A stretch of DNA of 64,000 nucleotides from Trichoplax adhaerens (GCF_000150275.1 NW_002060969.1:310001-374000), one strand, 5' to 3'; numbered from the stretch's first letter, positions 14,196 through 34,800 are shown. Numbers and translations are program-made. The notes: a model not told the origin generated them from the letters alone.

Positions 14196-17100
14196 GTATG
14201 AATGAGTGGGTAAGAGTGTTCCACATAGCTAAAAATGGAGAGTTACTGTAAGATTAGAGAAATGCGGTATGTATATCAGTATATGTCATACACTCTACTA
14301 CTACACAGTACACGGTATAAAGTTACTGAACCTCTGACAGGTCTACGACAAATGGTAATACTATCTGTTAAATGAGCACATTATCGTAAACCGTCAGCAA
14401 AGCGACGGGAGTTTGCACTAGTGCTGCTAAAACAGTTATTCACCTTCAGTACATTTGTCCAAACATATCTGCCAATTCTTAGTAAAATTAACCAAGATTT
14501 TAAGATCTTGGTTCATTTCGTTAAAACTTGGCGAATTTGTTTAAATAAGCACTGTACAGTACAGTATAACGAAGGTACTGTATACAGTACAGTACAGTAC
14601 AGTAGAGCCGTTTCAGCCGCATTTTTGGATAGTGTACAGTACATGCGGTACAGTACTTGTAGTCCTTTTGGTACTGTAATTGATTTCTGTATTCATTTAC
14701 AGCAAAGGTAGTGTACAGTACACTACCGTATTTACGAATAAATACTGTACAGTACAGTACTCGGTAATTTAGGATGATTCAGTCAAAGGCACGTAAGTCA
14801 TGTTGTAGCTAGCTCACCGAATCGGTTCTTTCCCATCGAAAACTAAGACGTTAGTCTAATCTATTAATTTTTAAGTATGAATTACCGCGATGTACTATAC
14901 TGTATGTGTAGTACTTACTTTCGTACTGTTTCTTTCCAGGTTACTTTCGATCAGTATCTGCTTTACTTTCCTAACAATAAAAATTAATTATTATTTGCAT
15001 ATACTGTACTGTATACCGTATACAGATTCTAATTTTCTGATAAACTTATTACACTACTGTGCAATGTACATACCTTTATACAGCAAGAAGGTGATTCACC
15101 TTATTGAATATACGCGTAACAATTACATATTAATAATAGCAAAAGCGAAATACAGTAACTACACGTCTTAATTGACTTCTAGCATAGTGTATGGCTATCT
15201 GCTGTACGGATCTTTTATAAATTTATCTTGTTCTATATTACTGTATGGTGTATAGCACTATAAAAAAAAACCTTTTAATAGTCTTTACGATTCAAATTGT
15301 TGAAAGCAGGATTACTATTAGCATGTTGTTGTAGCTTTTGTTATGCATACAGACCCTTTTAAGATACTATATTATAGTCGGTAAAAATTCATTGATGGTT
15401 TCAGATAGACCCATATTATGCTCCGTAGAAGCCAACTTATATCACTGTTATGAAATTTCTATTCTGTGCAGCTTTCCTATTACTCAATTTTTTTGTTACT
15501 GAATGCAACTGTATTTCCTGATGCGTTATTTACGTTATATTCTTTTGTGATTACAATATCTAAATTATCTTCTTTTGTACGATTATGTGATTTTAGGCTT
15601 GATTCATTGCAATCATCCCTGGTTGAGGAACGAGATAGATGCACTATTTTGGAAGCAGAAGTTGGTAGTTAATCGCAGTAGATATTTGGCTAAAATTTAC
15701 TACTTACATAACGGCCCTCTTTTTATCTTGTCTTCGGTAGCTGAAAGACTTAAGAATATCCACCCTGCATCAAAGGTACAAGGGCTCGATACTATTTTGA
15801 CCTGCATGTCTAATTTCATATGTTATCACTGTTACGTGAAGATACCAGCGTGCTCAAAGTACTTATGGGCTTGTGATAGTATCATACAGTATAACTAGCT
15901 GGAGTACAATATTACCTATACGAATTCAGATTATGCTTGCTTGTTGCTGTAGTTGTAGCTGTAGCATGTTATCGTGCTTATTGACTAGTGATAGCGTAGA
16001 AAAACTTACTACTATAATCAATTCGTAGAGAGTAGCGAAATTTCTGTTTCTTCTTTACTCAAATGTATATTACATGCGCACAGTTTATCAGACATTCAGT
16101 TGTTACCATTAAGTAGATATGGATCTACTGTAGAATAGCTGCTAGCAATGATCACTGATTCTAACCCTAACCCTTTAATTTCAATATTTAGTGACAAAAT
16201 CAAAGCACTCACCACATCCCTAGAAACACAGGTATATTACAGGCCTTTGATGTGGTAGATGTCCTTCTATAACATTTGAATTACAGTTTTCTTGTCAATT
16301 GATATAATACGGTTATTTAATATTAAAACTTTACTCAACTGGGAAGTAAAAAAGCTTTATTCTTTAAGATGAATTATAGATCGAGCTTGGATGAACAGTT
16401 CAAAGAATCAAAACTGTATGAGAATCCAGATGAGTCTTCTTATTAATCTGATTCTGAGGCCAAATGTAGTTGTATTTATTACACGGCATAATAATTTTTT
16501 ATAGCTTTTATTAAATTACGTAAATGAACTAAACTTGTTGCTTTGTAAATGTTCTTTCTCAAATATAGGAATAACCGCGATCTTCAAGCGCAAAACTTAT
16601 TGTTAACTGGTATTACATTTTTGTTAACAAATTGAAATTTAGTGTACATTTCCTTGATAATCTACTGAATATTAGGAACTTCCCTTGTGAAGCCTCAATT
16701 CGTTGATCAAACATTATATTCGTCGTAGTTAATACTGATAAATAATTCACTGAATAACTTTTGACCAATTTTGACTTGATTGGCGAATCATTTTTGCTTT
16801 TATTGAACGTAATGAATCAGTGTATGGCAGTTTTCATGCTAGTTATAGTGATGTGAAAGATTAAACTTCTGTATTTTTATAACAACTTACATTTATCGGT
16901 ATCCGTTTCATTATTTTATACTAGTATTGCTAACCGTTATCAATGCTGTGTAAACGTTTTGTAGATCAATTATCGGAGCTACAACGTGAGCTTGAAGTCC
17001 TAGGAAAAAGAAACTGGGAATTGGAGGTTAGTTGAAATGTCAATTGTAATATTGTACTTGAAAATCTTGCTTCAAATATGGCTGCACCATTGGATAACGT

Positions 17101-20100
17101 TCTAGAGATCTCTCGAACTTGCGACTTCACGGTATGGAAAGGATCAAGAGGATATCACAGGTTTTGAGGAAAGAAGCAAGCGATGCGCTACCGATAATGA
17201 GGTAAGATTGCTAATTTGATATATTAAATGTAATTGTTGGACCTCATGATAAGAACCACGTATAATGGAGTATAGATATGAAAATAACTTTATTACATTT
17301 CACCATGTAATATACCTCACCGAAGAAATACCAATTACCTGTGCAAGTAACAGTGTTCCTACTATCTGTTAGTTTACATCGTAAATGCATATATCTGAGC
17401 GTATTATCCTTTCAGCATTCTTATGTAATTAAATGGCTTTGGGAACTGTTTTCCTTAGTCATGAAATAGCTATACTGTAGTGATTAGAGACATGGTGTTG
17501 GGGTTTAGAATATCAATTTTATTTCGTAACCCAAAATGCAGTTGCATGATAATTGCCTTTTGAAAGATCCAGGATACTATTATCTGCAAGGCTGATACAG
17601 TGATTTCGTTGTAGTAGTTATTGGCGTACTGTTATGAAATATTTCTAGATAGCAATTTGTTATATTTGTCTTATTAGCTGCAATGTCACCTAAAGTGCCT
17701 GCGGTAAATATACGGTGAATACAATGAGAACGTTGCCTCATGCTACAGTATATCAATAACCTTTGTATAAATATAAACATTACCTAGGAAAGCCAACGCC
17801 CCCTAGCTCGCGCTTTACCAACGCTTGATAACGATGATGCCTTCTCGATATCTGAAAAGCAGCTGTTAGCCTTTAAAGAGATGATCTCAAAGATTGATAG
17901 GACCACGTTTTCGGATACTCGTATCATTGATAACCTAACTAAAGAATTTGTTGAACCAGTCTACATCACCTTATCTCGGAAGCCATTCTCGAAGGCTTCT
18001 TTTGGAGTCATCTGTCCAAACATAGGTCGTCTGCCTGTAATTTCGCTGGATAGCGAAGAACAGCAAACCGTTAGTTCTTATATGCAGAGTAGTTCTTCCA
18101 GGAGCACTACCGGTTTACATTTATTCAGTATTATTAGCAATTCCACAGAATTAGCAGAAGATGTAACCAATTGTAATCAAAAGTCCAGCGCGAATATTTA
18201 CATACAGACCGAGATTGCAAATTTGCAAGATGTATCTGTCCAAACCAATCAGCAGAAAGATGTCGTTTACCAACATTATTTTTTGACAGATCCTAAGCTT
18301 ACGTTGGATGTGGCATGCCAAACAGATATTCCTGTTGATTCGGAATATGTGAATCAAATTGATTCTGATAGTCTTAGCCAAGTTACTTCTATTCAAAGAA
18401 CATTGAATGAATTTAAGAAAGTTGATGAAGACAAAGGTAACCTCAAATACGAATGACTTGCTTATTGTAGTTCCTAAAATTTTAATTAGAATTTTTACCA
18501 GCTTACCTTTAGGATCAGGTATACTTATTCTTCACGAAATTTATAGAATTAACATTAAGAAATCATTTTCTTTAAGACTAATTATAGTAATATGCGAAAT
18601 ATATTTCTTTACTAACGGTAAAAGTTTCGTTTTTTTTATTTGCTATTAATAATCTATTTATGGAAAGGCAGGAGCTGCAAGATCATTTCTAAATTATTCT
18701 TGTTCTTAGTTGTGTTGCTTATCGATTCAAATATTATTCGATTTTTCTATAGAAATTATTAGGTTATCTGCAATGGAGAAATGGAAGCACAGTGTTAGGC
18801 CGGCATTAGGCTCCATTGCACAGAGTGCATTTGAAGAGTCAGAGGAAATACTTAAAGGAGCAAAAGGTTCATATCTGACAGAACTGAACTATGTACTTGT
18901 GAAGCATTAAGTCTCTATAAAATTTGAAGTAGTTTGTATTGAAGGTTTAGGCATACATACTGATATGCTTATACATTGTATTAGTGCTTCATTTACATTT
19001 CACAGCTTTTCAAATTGTAATTCAGTTAGGATGCGGAACCGTTGTTTAAATTTTAAGATTTTTGAGGCTATTAACTTGTATCGTTGTCAAGAGTGTAAAC
19101 AAACTCAAACTCCGAAGCATTATTGAACATCCGTTTTATTACTCATCCCTACTATACAGCATTAATACTTTGATTATGCTTACTATTAACTATGCAAACT
19201 TCAAATAGTTATTTGCATCTACTTAAATATCATTCAGCAGATAAAAGCATTTATCGTCTCCGATGTGAATCAGATCCTCAGGCGAAAAAGTTAGGCATGG
19301 CTGACATTGCTGCTACATTTACTAAAAGTGCTCGCAAAGTTGTGAATAACGCGAAGACAAACTCTATGCTAAGATCTGCAACATTCAGAGAATCTACGTA
19401 CGTGATAAGATTTTAGTCAAAGCATTACATGAAAGATACGCAGAGAGTTCAAAGTGATTTTGATGTTAGCTTGGTTTACTGTAGTCTTAACAGTTTATTA
19501 CATGTGATGAAAATATGTTGAGGATTTTCGCTGTAGGTCCTTAGTATTTTTTCCTTAGTTTGGAGCTTGCATGATTATACACATGTACAGTAGATAATAT
19601 CCATAACTCACTGGTTGTGAACTAAAATTTATTAATCATTTTATTAGGTGGGATACCTACGACAATATTGAGGTTTGGAATATATACTCTATACTGCTTC
19701 GGATATTCTTTCTAGAAATCATTTAAATATGAAATGTAGATCTCATTATCAGAAGTGCTAGATCCAGATTTAATAGTATAAATGTCTATTCGTCAACACG
19801 CTCAGGATCGTTACACAAGATTAGTGTTAGCATTCAAAACGGATCAGTCAACGATGTCGGTTAGATTATCTTCACAGGTGCTGCTAATTTGTAGTATTTA
19901 CGGTTAATTCCTGTAATTTGCTCTATAAGGATAAGCACCTTTTGTATCTTAGGAGCGTAGCTTAAAGCTAACGGAATCGAATGCCAATAAGGAAATTATT
20001 GACCTTAGAAATGTTATAAAGGTGCTTAGCAATAAGAAAAATCTATGGCCGACTGAGCACGCTTGCGTAACTAAAATGTTTCAGTACAACAATTGAGCCG

Positions 20101-22484
20101 TACTCAAATAAATCTAATATATATATTTTAATGGCTGAATCATCGTCACTTAATAAATGTAGCGGCTATGTATTTAGTTATAGATTTACAACCGTACGTA
20201 ACCCGATTTAATAGTTTCATAACGAAGATTCTCAATTTATTAAACTATTTGTGTTTCGGACAGATTTTGAATCGATTGATTACAGATCTTAGAATAAAGG
20301 TAATAAGCTTACTTTCTGGTTCGAGCATAATTCAGAATGACGTTTCTCTCATAAATTCATCTTTATATACTAGGAGGTTATTCGAGCGGCGGAAGACTAT
20401 ACTGACGTTCTGGAAAAATGCCTTTCCAGGATAATCAGCAAAGCTGAAAGTCTTGGTAGCGTTCAACAAGTAAGTGATTGTTGATTTCCTAAAGATTCTG
20501 ATCTCAAGACCTTGTCCTCATAAATTTGTAAATTTTAACCATTTTTATCTTTTATACTAATTATACTTTCATTTAGGAAGAAAATCTAAGCATGTCCATT
20601 AAAATACTTATATCATACTCAGAGCATTTGAAGCGACAAATTGCCGGACAAAAAGAAGAACTTGAAGAAGCAAGGTTAGACTTTACAAAATTCGAAGTTT
20701 CTTAGAAGAACAGAATTGTTCCTTTTGTAATACAGATTGTAATTTATCTCTATAAGAAAACGGCGTGATGAGCAAGCCCTGCAGAATACCGCTCTTCGTA
20801 CTATAGGAGCAATGCCGTCAATACAAAGTTAGACTGTATTTATAATCAATCTTGATTCTCCACTATAATTCTGAATATTTCCCGTTGCCTGCAATAATTC
20901 AGTAGTATTTGTAGCGGATATATAACTAAACTGATATGATCTTAGTCGGTATTATGCTAATTAGGCTATTAAAAATTTAATACAAAAACAGCATCACATG
21001 CTAGACTAAGGCATCGAAAAGGTGTCACTTCAACAGATCCGATTCATTCTCAATCCCCAAGGGTAAGTTTTATGTTGAGATCTCACTGAAGTTACAAAAC
21101 ATTGCATGCTTATTTAGCTAAAATTCGGTAAAAATTGTCGCATGACAGTCTTAAGATTTCTTAGAAGCGAGAAAACTGCGTATCCGAATTTTTAATAATT
21201 CTTCTTTAAAACTTATCGAAGTTGATGACATGTCTGTTCGTTATCGTACAATAGCTTGATCGTCGACAATCACTTGGACAGTCCTTTGCGCAAATGGCTT
21301 TTAGAGCAGCGCAAGCAATCGGTTTACAAGAAGAAGAAGAAAAGGAAGGTGCTGAAAAACAAGAAGTTGTAAAAGGACCTATGAGAAGGTATTGCACCTA
21401 GACATAATTCAGGCATTATGCTGCAGTAGAATATGCTGCTAATAACATCAATCTTTATCTGATAACGACTCTGATGATTAAAAGCAATGAATAAATCTGC
21501 TACTCTAAACGTGACAGGTCGTCATATTAACAGTGTTATAATACAGTTTGTCGTAGTGATATTAAAATAGGATCACTCAAAATTACAATTTAGGAGACGA
21601 GGGCCAGTGATTGGTGCTATTGTCGAGGAAAATCCAGATAGTAATTTGGAAATCGTAAATCAAGACAATCACGAAGACGCTACCACCAATAATACAGACA
21701 TTTACCAGCAAGGGTATAATATTATGAAGGCACTGCAAACTAGTGTCTGGCATAAAATCATTTATTACTTGTGTGTTATTACAGATTTGAAAAAGGATTA
21801 CAGACACGGATTAGTAATGAAATGGAAGAGATGCATGAACAGCAGGATGCTATTGAAGCAAATGTTCGTATGCTAACAGAAAGGTAAATCAATCAATCTG
21901 TTCAACAAGTATCTCTGAGGAATTTCTACGCGTATTCTTGAAAGGAATTAGAATATTTCGCAAAATTAAATAGTACGCGTTTATGGCGAATTAGTTTTGA
22001 TCAACTGTACAGGTTAACATTAAATGTAACTTTTTTTCAACTAGAGCAAATGTTTTAGAAGAGAAATTTACAACAAATGATATAGAAAAGTAAGACCACT
22101 TATGAACTCATGATGTTTTGTAACTTATGTAAAATTTTTGTATATAAGTTTTGTTCTATTTAATTAATGAAGCTGAGATTGTTTAAAATTTACAGATTAT
22201 TTAAAAATAGAAATGATAATGCTACTTCGAAAGACATGATACACGAAGCAGGTAGCTGGCGTGAGGAATTTCTCATATCCTGCAATAATATATTGTTGAA
22301 TTATCGATGTTGGATGCAGAGCAAATACGGGAAGAAATTGTTTTGGTTCCTCTTTTTTATCGCCATTTTTATGCTGATCTGCATCTGGTATTTACCTTTA
22401 AGTAACCTGGCGAAACATGTAGCTAGCATCAGCCATAGCTATTTATCGTCAACAAGAAGTCGAGAGCCACCAACTCCTACATAA
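6942..22484 (+). CDS. KASH5/LRMP(IRAG2)/IRAG1(MRVI1)-family tail-anchored nuclear envelope/ER protein: EF-hand pair, coiled coils, MRVI1 domain, TM helix, KASH-like tail
   Basis: Exons 6942-7124 and 7236-7369 give LETLFRVCDVQSTGEVRISKIISYLKQ...LEELARLFDPGNGDPLIAKDTYKRVIRRWI, resembling the KASH5 EF-hand pair. Many short coiled-coil exons follow. Exons ~19650-20674 give DRYTRLVLAFKTDQSTMSVRLSSQERSLKLTESNANKEI...SKAESLGSVQQEENLSMSIKILISYSEHLKRQ (MRVI1/LRMP signature). The last exon ends KKLFWFLFFIAIFMLICIWYLPLSNLAKHVASISHSYLSSTRSREPPTPT*. Phase is preserved across the 12045-15596 intron. Confidence 0.85.
13790..14070. repeat. (TACTG/CAGTA)n pentamer island inside the large intron of the KASH/LRMP-like gene
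   Basis: Units such as cagtactgtacagtactgtacagtac near 13806-13831. A second patch lies at ~14550-14760. Confidence 0.8.
14159..14189. repeat. (TA)n microsatellite
   Basis: About 15 consecutive TA units. Confidence 0.95.
14351..14421 (+). mobile_element. Helitron-like 3' terminus (non-autonomous remnant), copy 1
   Basis: Hairpin CCGTCAGCAAAGCGACGG (14391-14408), a 9-nt spacer, then CTAG (14418-14421) followed by T. About 70 bp is shared with 47303-47384. Confidence 0.65.
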
Positions 22485-23925
22485 ACTAAACGATTCTTGG
22501 GTTCCTTAGTAAAATTTAATACTTACTTTTCTGACAAAGAATATATATAAACAAGCATAACAATTTGAAATAATACAAATAATAATTTTATCTATTACAG
22601 TGGAGTATCTAAGTACCGACTTTACAATATGATCGCTATAATTGAAAATCGTTCTAATTTGTTATTTTTCTTTGTAATGTTACGCAATTACCATTACTTA
22701 ATACCCTGCAATATTACAACAAACCTCGAAGTTATTATACATTGATATGGATATACTAATGCTGGACTGAGTTTGCATCTCCGATGGTGTATCTTGTAAG
22801 TTTTAGCGTGGTACTTAACCGAAATTTGGGCTGTAGAAAAGGCGACGCATTGCTACATTCAGTCGATCAGTAAAGACTGATTGATAGCAGCTCCTATTAT
22901 ATATTAATATAGCTACTGTTATTATATAGCATACAGAAACGTGACATACTTTTCTGGTAATGTACCCCTTGCATACAACCCTTTAATAAAGATTGTATAC
23001 ATGATGTATATATACGACCTACTATTTACGACGAATTGTTTGAAACCTTGCAAAGTAGTAATTCATTCTTATTATGCTGCTATATTTCGTAATCACGAAT
23101 ATTTCCGTGTAATGACCGAAACTCCTGTACAATCAATCAAGTCGCGTTACAGTAAGAGTGTTTTGGAAAATTAATTAGTCCATCAAACATGGCAAATTTC
23201 CTATGTAATACGACAGACATCTACATGAGAAACTCGATATGTTTAATAAATTTTCCCGAAATTCGTTTTTATGTAAGTTGAAATAACTACAGCGTGTCTA
23301 GCTTCACGATTTCATAATCACGAATGTTTCTGTTCACGGCCGTAACCCCTATATTGTCATGGACCACTAATTACCTTACGGGTAAAGTATCTAGTGATCC
23401 TTGATATGGTACGTGTACTCGAGCATTTGTAAAATGACCCTCTTTACTCTTTATTAACTTTACAGTACAATCTAATTCCAGGAGCACAGTACAGTATTTA
23501 GTTATTTCGTATTATCATTTAAAAAACAGTTTTTGTACTGTGTTATGCTCGTAGAGTTATTAAACATGAAATTTCGGGTACGGTACATTAAGTTAATCAA
23601 AATGTTATGAGATATAAATTCGTAAATCAATCAAAAATCGTCGACTGTAAAGAAGTTCCTATACAAGTGCAGTGCAATGAAATATAGTGTACCAGTGCAG
23701 ACTAATGTTACTTTATCTGGCTACTATTGTCGTGCTGCGGTCCTGTACGTGTATGGTATGATTGGGTAAATGCTAGCACACCAAGGCAAGAAGAGAACAG
23801 TACGACAGCTGGACGACGGATGGATATGGGCGGGGTGATGGGGAGAAGTTAGCGCTAGTCCTAGGCAAGAAAGCTGAAACAGCAGCCTTTTTTTCACCAT
23901 ATGATGAACACTAGGGTCTCTACTA

Positions 23926-30961
<7,036 letters not shown>

Positions 30962-31851
30962 TAGATATATTTTTGTAAGATTGAATGAATCACTTTAAAT
31001 GTAGGAGTAAATTTGCAATATGACGCATGTAACATAGTCTCTGTCTCTAGTGTTAGAAATTTTGTAAAATTGTTAAGAATATTGATATAAACTAACCATA
31101 TCGAGTAGCTTGATGGGAGAAAGCGTTAAATTGTAAACAATCTATGATAACTATGGTAATAATAATCTATGGTAACTTATGCTTTTTAATTCTTTCGTAA
31201 CATCAACATCTAGCTAGATTTAGCTATACTACTGTAGGGCGCATAATACTATAGTTAAATTATTACTATACCCCACTCCGTCTTTGAGTCAAATTTGAAA
31301 TTTCATTTGTGTATTGTGCTAAGAACCGTTATCAATCTTCGTTAAAAATGCTTGACAAAGATTGCTTTCAGAAGTATCTAACAATATTTTTCTATGCTTA
31401 TAGCATAAAGCAATTTAGTACAGTATGTTACTTAAACTAAGGATTCTTACACTACTAACAAATTTAAGAAGTTTTCGATATGAATAGCTACAAATAATTA
31501 AAATCTGCTTATTAGTACAATAGCGTATCTGAAAAGCATTTAATTTATTAAGATTAGTAGATACAATTTTATGGCGGATAATGTTGGCCCATCCTTCGAA
31601 TTATAAGACAGCAGTGTACAAATTAAAGATTGGTATTTATTCACTAAATTTTTTAATCATGTACACATAAAAGCTAACTACACCTTAATTAGGCGCAAGT
31701 ACAAATTGTGAGCTGAACGTAAACCATAGAAAAGTAAGACAAATAACAACTAAAGTGCTGAGATTCCTGATGCAGTATGAGGTGATTTCTACTACCATAA
31801 AGTATAGCTAATACTAGCGAGTACTACGTTTACGAATTAGCATCAAGGCAT

Positions 31852-34800
31852 TTAGGCAACAACTTCAGGGGACTTTTCTTCAATATTTGAAACTGTTTTT
31901 CTAACTTTATCGGACCAACTGCTTATCTGTTCTTTCAATTCGGTTAGCTGTCAAAATTATTTACAGGATTAAATCAAATAGCAGAATAAAAATTTATCAT
32001 AAGAACGTTTCTATAGTCGTTCATTCACGAAAGCAATAAGTGTAAAAGCGTCACCTGTGATAGATCGAGTACTCTAGGCCGGACCCATATCATTTCAGCT
32101 CTTTCAAATACTTGATTGATTTTGCCTACGGTAGAGATTTATAAGTTGAGTACAATTATCTAGGTAAACTGAAATGGTCAATGCATTTAAACCTTCAAGT
32201 AAACCACGAGCAAAAGCTTTCATGACAAGCATCTCAACCTGAGGAATGCCGAATAAGAGCTTATTACTGTTATGCAAATAGAATTTCAATTTATCACTGG
32301 AGTTAGATAGTAAAGAAAGGCTGTCTGATTTTTTCCCTTATAAGATACTCATACCGAGCCTAATGGTGTTTTCGTAAAGTGAGAAATTTCTTTAAAACTT
32401 AGAACTCGATTATTGGCCGGTTTATGAAATGTTAGCTTTTAAAAAATAATCGATGTAATTAAATGTATCATGGCTTAAGAGACGGTGTTAGTACAAACGT
32501 AATGTAAGTACGAAACACAGTAACGTAAGGTTTAATGCCATACATACCTCAACTAGGCCAAATAGGGCCAGCTTTTGTCGTAAGCTCCCTTCATTTTGAG
32601 CTAATTCGGTCTATCAAAGCACGTTTGTAACTACGTCAGGAGGCAATGAAACGTTCAAACTTTTCTCTACGCATGGGTATATTTTACCTGTTCCTTCCAG
32701 TACGGTTTCAAATTCTCAAAAGATTCATGATCTCCTAAAAGTAATATAAAGGAAGATTTAGTGAAAGAAAATTTTAAATTCAATCATTGCCGGTAGTATC
32801 AGAAGGGTGCAAAACTGTAACTTTTACCTTTATTAAAGGCTAACAGCATTCTTATGATCCATTCATCATTAGTTTTACGTAAAGAATTTAATATTGGATG
32901 AACGAGCTACAAATAGCCGAGCAAAAGAAACATTTATTGCAACTTTGATAGGTATTGCTAAATATATAAAATCCTGCATTCAGCATACATTACCAGTTCC
33001 CCAAGATTAAATAAATTATCCGCCAACAGTGCGGCAAAGGAAAGGTCACGTGCTCGAGCTTTTTGTTCATCCACTATCATTCGAATATTGTAGCATATAC
33101 AATCCACATATTAATTAATTATAAAGCATATTAAAATTTTTTATACAGGAAAATCTTATATATCTATAATTTACATGTAGCCTTACATGTCATATCTTTT
33201 AAGTCAATGCAACCTAAAAATCTCAATGCATCAGCAAAGTACCCTGAAAAATCTCCTTGCATCTATTAAAATTCATTAGTCATCGATTAACTTTAACTAG
33301 TAATAATATCGAGTTCATGAATCTAATAGAAATCAAGTTTAACAAATTGAAGCATTACCTTACAACATTTGCTACACAGATCATAGTACTGGGCATGTAC
33401 TGATGTAATCCCTTGCATTTCGTCCAATAGGGGTGCAGTTTCATCAACAACCCTCTAAAATTGATCAGTGATCGTTACGAATCTTTTTAAAACAATAACT
33501 AATTAATCATTTGCCTACCTTGACAGAATTCAGGTCATTCCTTGCCAAATATATTCTTCCTATGGCGGTCTTGCATAATACAATTGATTCGACGTCTTTA
33601 TTGACCTGAAATGTTCGAATTCTTTTATGTAAAGGTCTTTTATTAATTGCTGAACATAAAGAAGTTCACTTATGTTATGGAGCGTCATGAATTCGCTTCA
33701 TATAAATCAAACCCTTAATACCTTTTCGAGGACCCCTTCTAACAGATGTATCGAATACTCCAAGTCTATTGTAAGATACGCCATCAATGCATTGATACAG
33801 ACTTAACATCTGAAAACTATTAATACTTGCCTGTTATTTGTTTAACTACGCACAGTGATATTTCGACAAGAGATAAAGGACTAATCCTGTTTTACAAATA
33901 GAAGCTATTAGAATGAATAATTTTGTAGCTAAGACTTTCGTACCAGAGCTATAAAAATACAATCAAGATTTTATCTCCGTTATGACTTCGTCGATGTTAA
34001 GCAAAACCTTAGCAAATATTAAGCCCATCTGCGGTTACTACTATAAGTTCAATATATATGTTACTATACAGTATTACGATTGTGTCCTTCTCTAAGCATC
34101 CAAGTACACGTTTAAAATTATTTAGCTCATAGAGTATCATTTACTGCTTTATTTCTTTAAATCATAAGAAGTAAATTTTGAAAAACCCAGACAAAAATGA
34201 CAGAGAAACAGATCTTCTAAATCAGTAAAATATGATCCTATGCTATTGATACTATAATGTATATTTTGTGTAGTAATGATCACGATTATTGGATATCCAA
34301 ACCTTAATTCGATATCTGAAATAAATTGTTGGTATATCTATAAAGGTAAAACAGCATTCAGCATTAATCATTAGTACCATACACCGTGATGTGACGTCCG
34401 AAGTCATGTGATTTATAACTTTAGGTTTTTCTCTAACCTTATAATTAGTGGAAGTAAAATGTTAATGTGACGATTATTCTATAATTATACTACACTGTAC
34501 ACTACTTTATGGGTACAACTACCTTATACATTTGGTTGAAATAACTTCCTATACACTACGCTTTTTTCATATTAATTTCCAAATTAAATGAACCAATGAC
34601 TTTGGATCACATCATCGTCCTACAGTAAGTAACTATTTACTGTACATAATCGCTTAATTATCTCTAACAAGGATTAATGTATCATTTACCTCTAGTAGTT
34701 CATCTCCCGAATTAAAATAACTCGAATTCATAAACGAATTTAATTCCAACGTTAACTGATGCCACAATCTGTACTGAAATAAATGCACATAAATGAGTTA

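Noticed and set aside
16162-16174. TAACCCTAACCCT telomere-like sequence
   Set aside because: Only two units, inside an intron near a branch-point region; not an interstitial telomere array.
23845-23870. Possible X-box upstream of TTLL1 (GTCCTAGGCAAG)
   Set aside because: Only one imperfect half-site; too weak to call.
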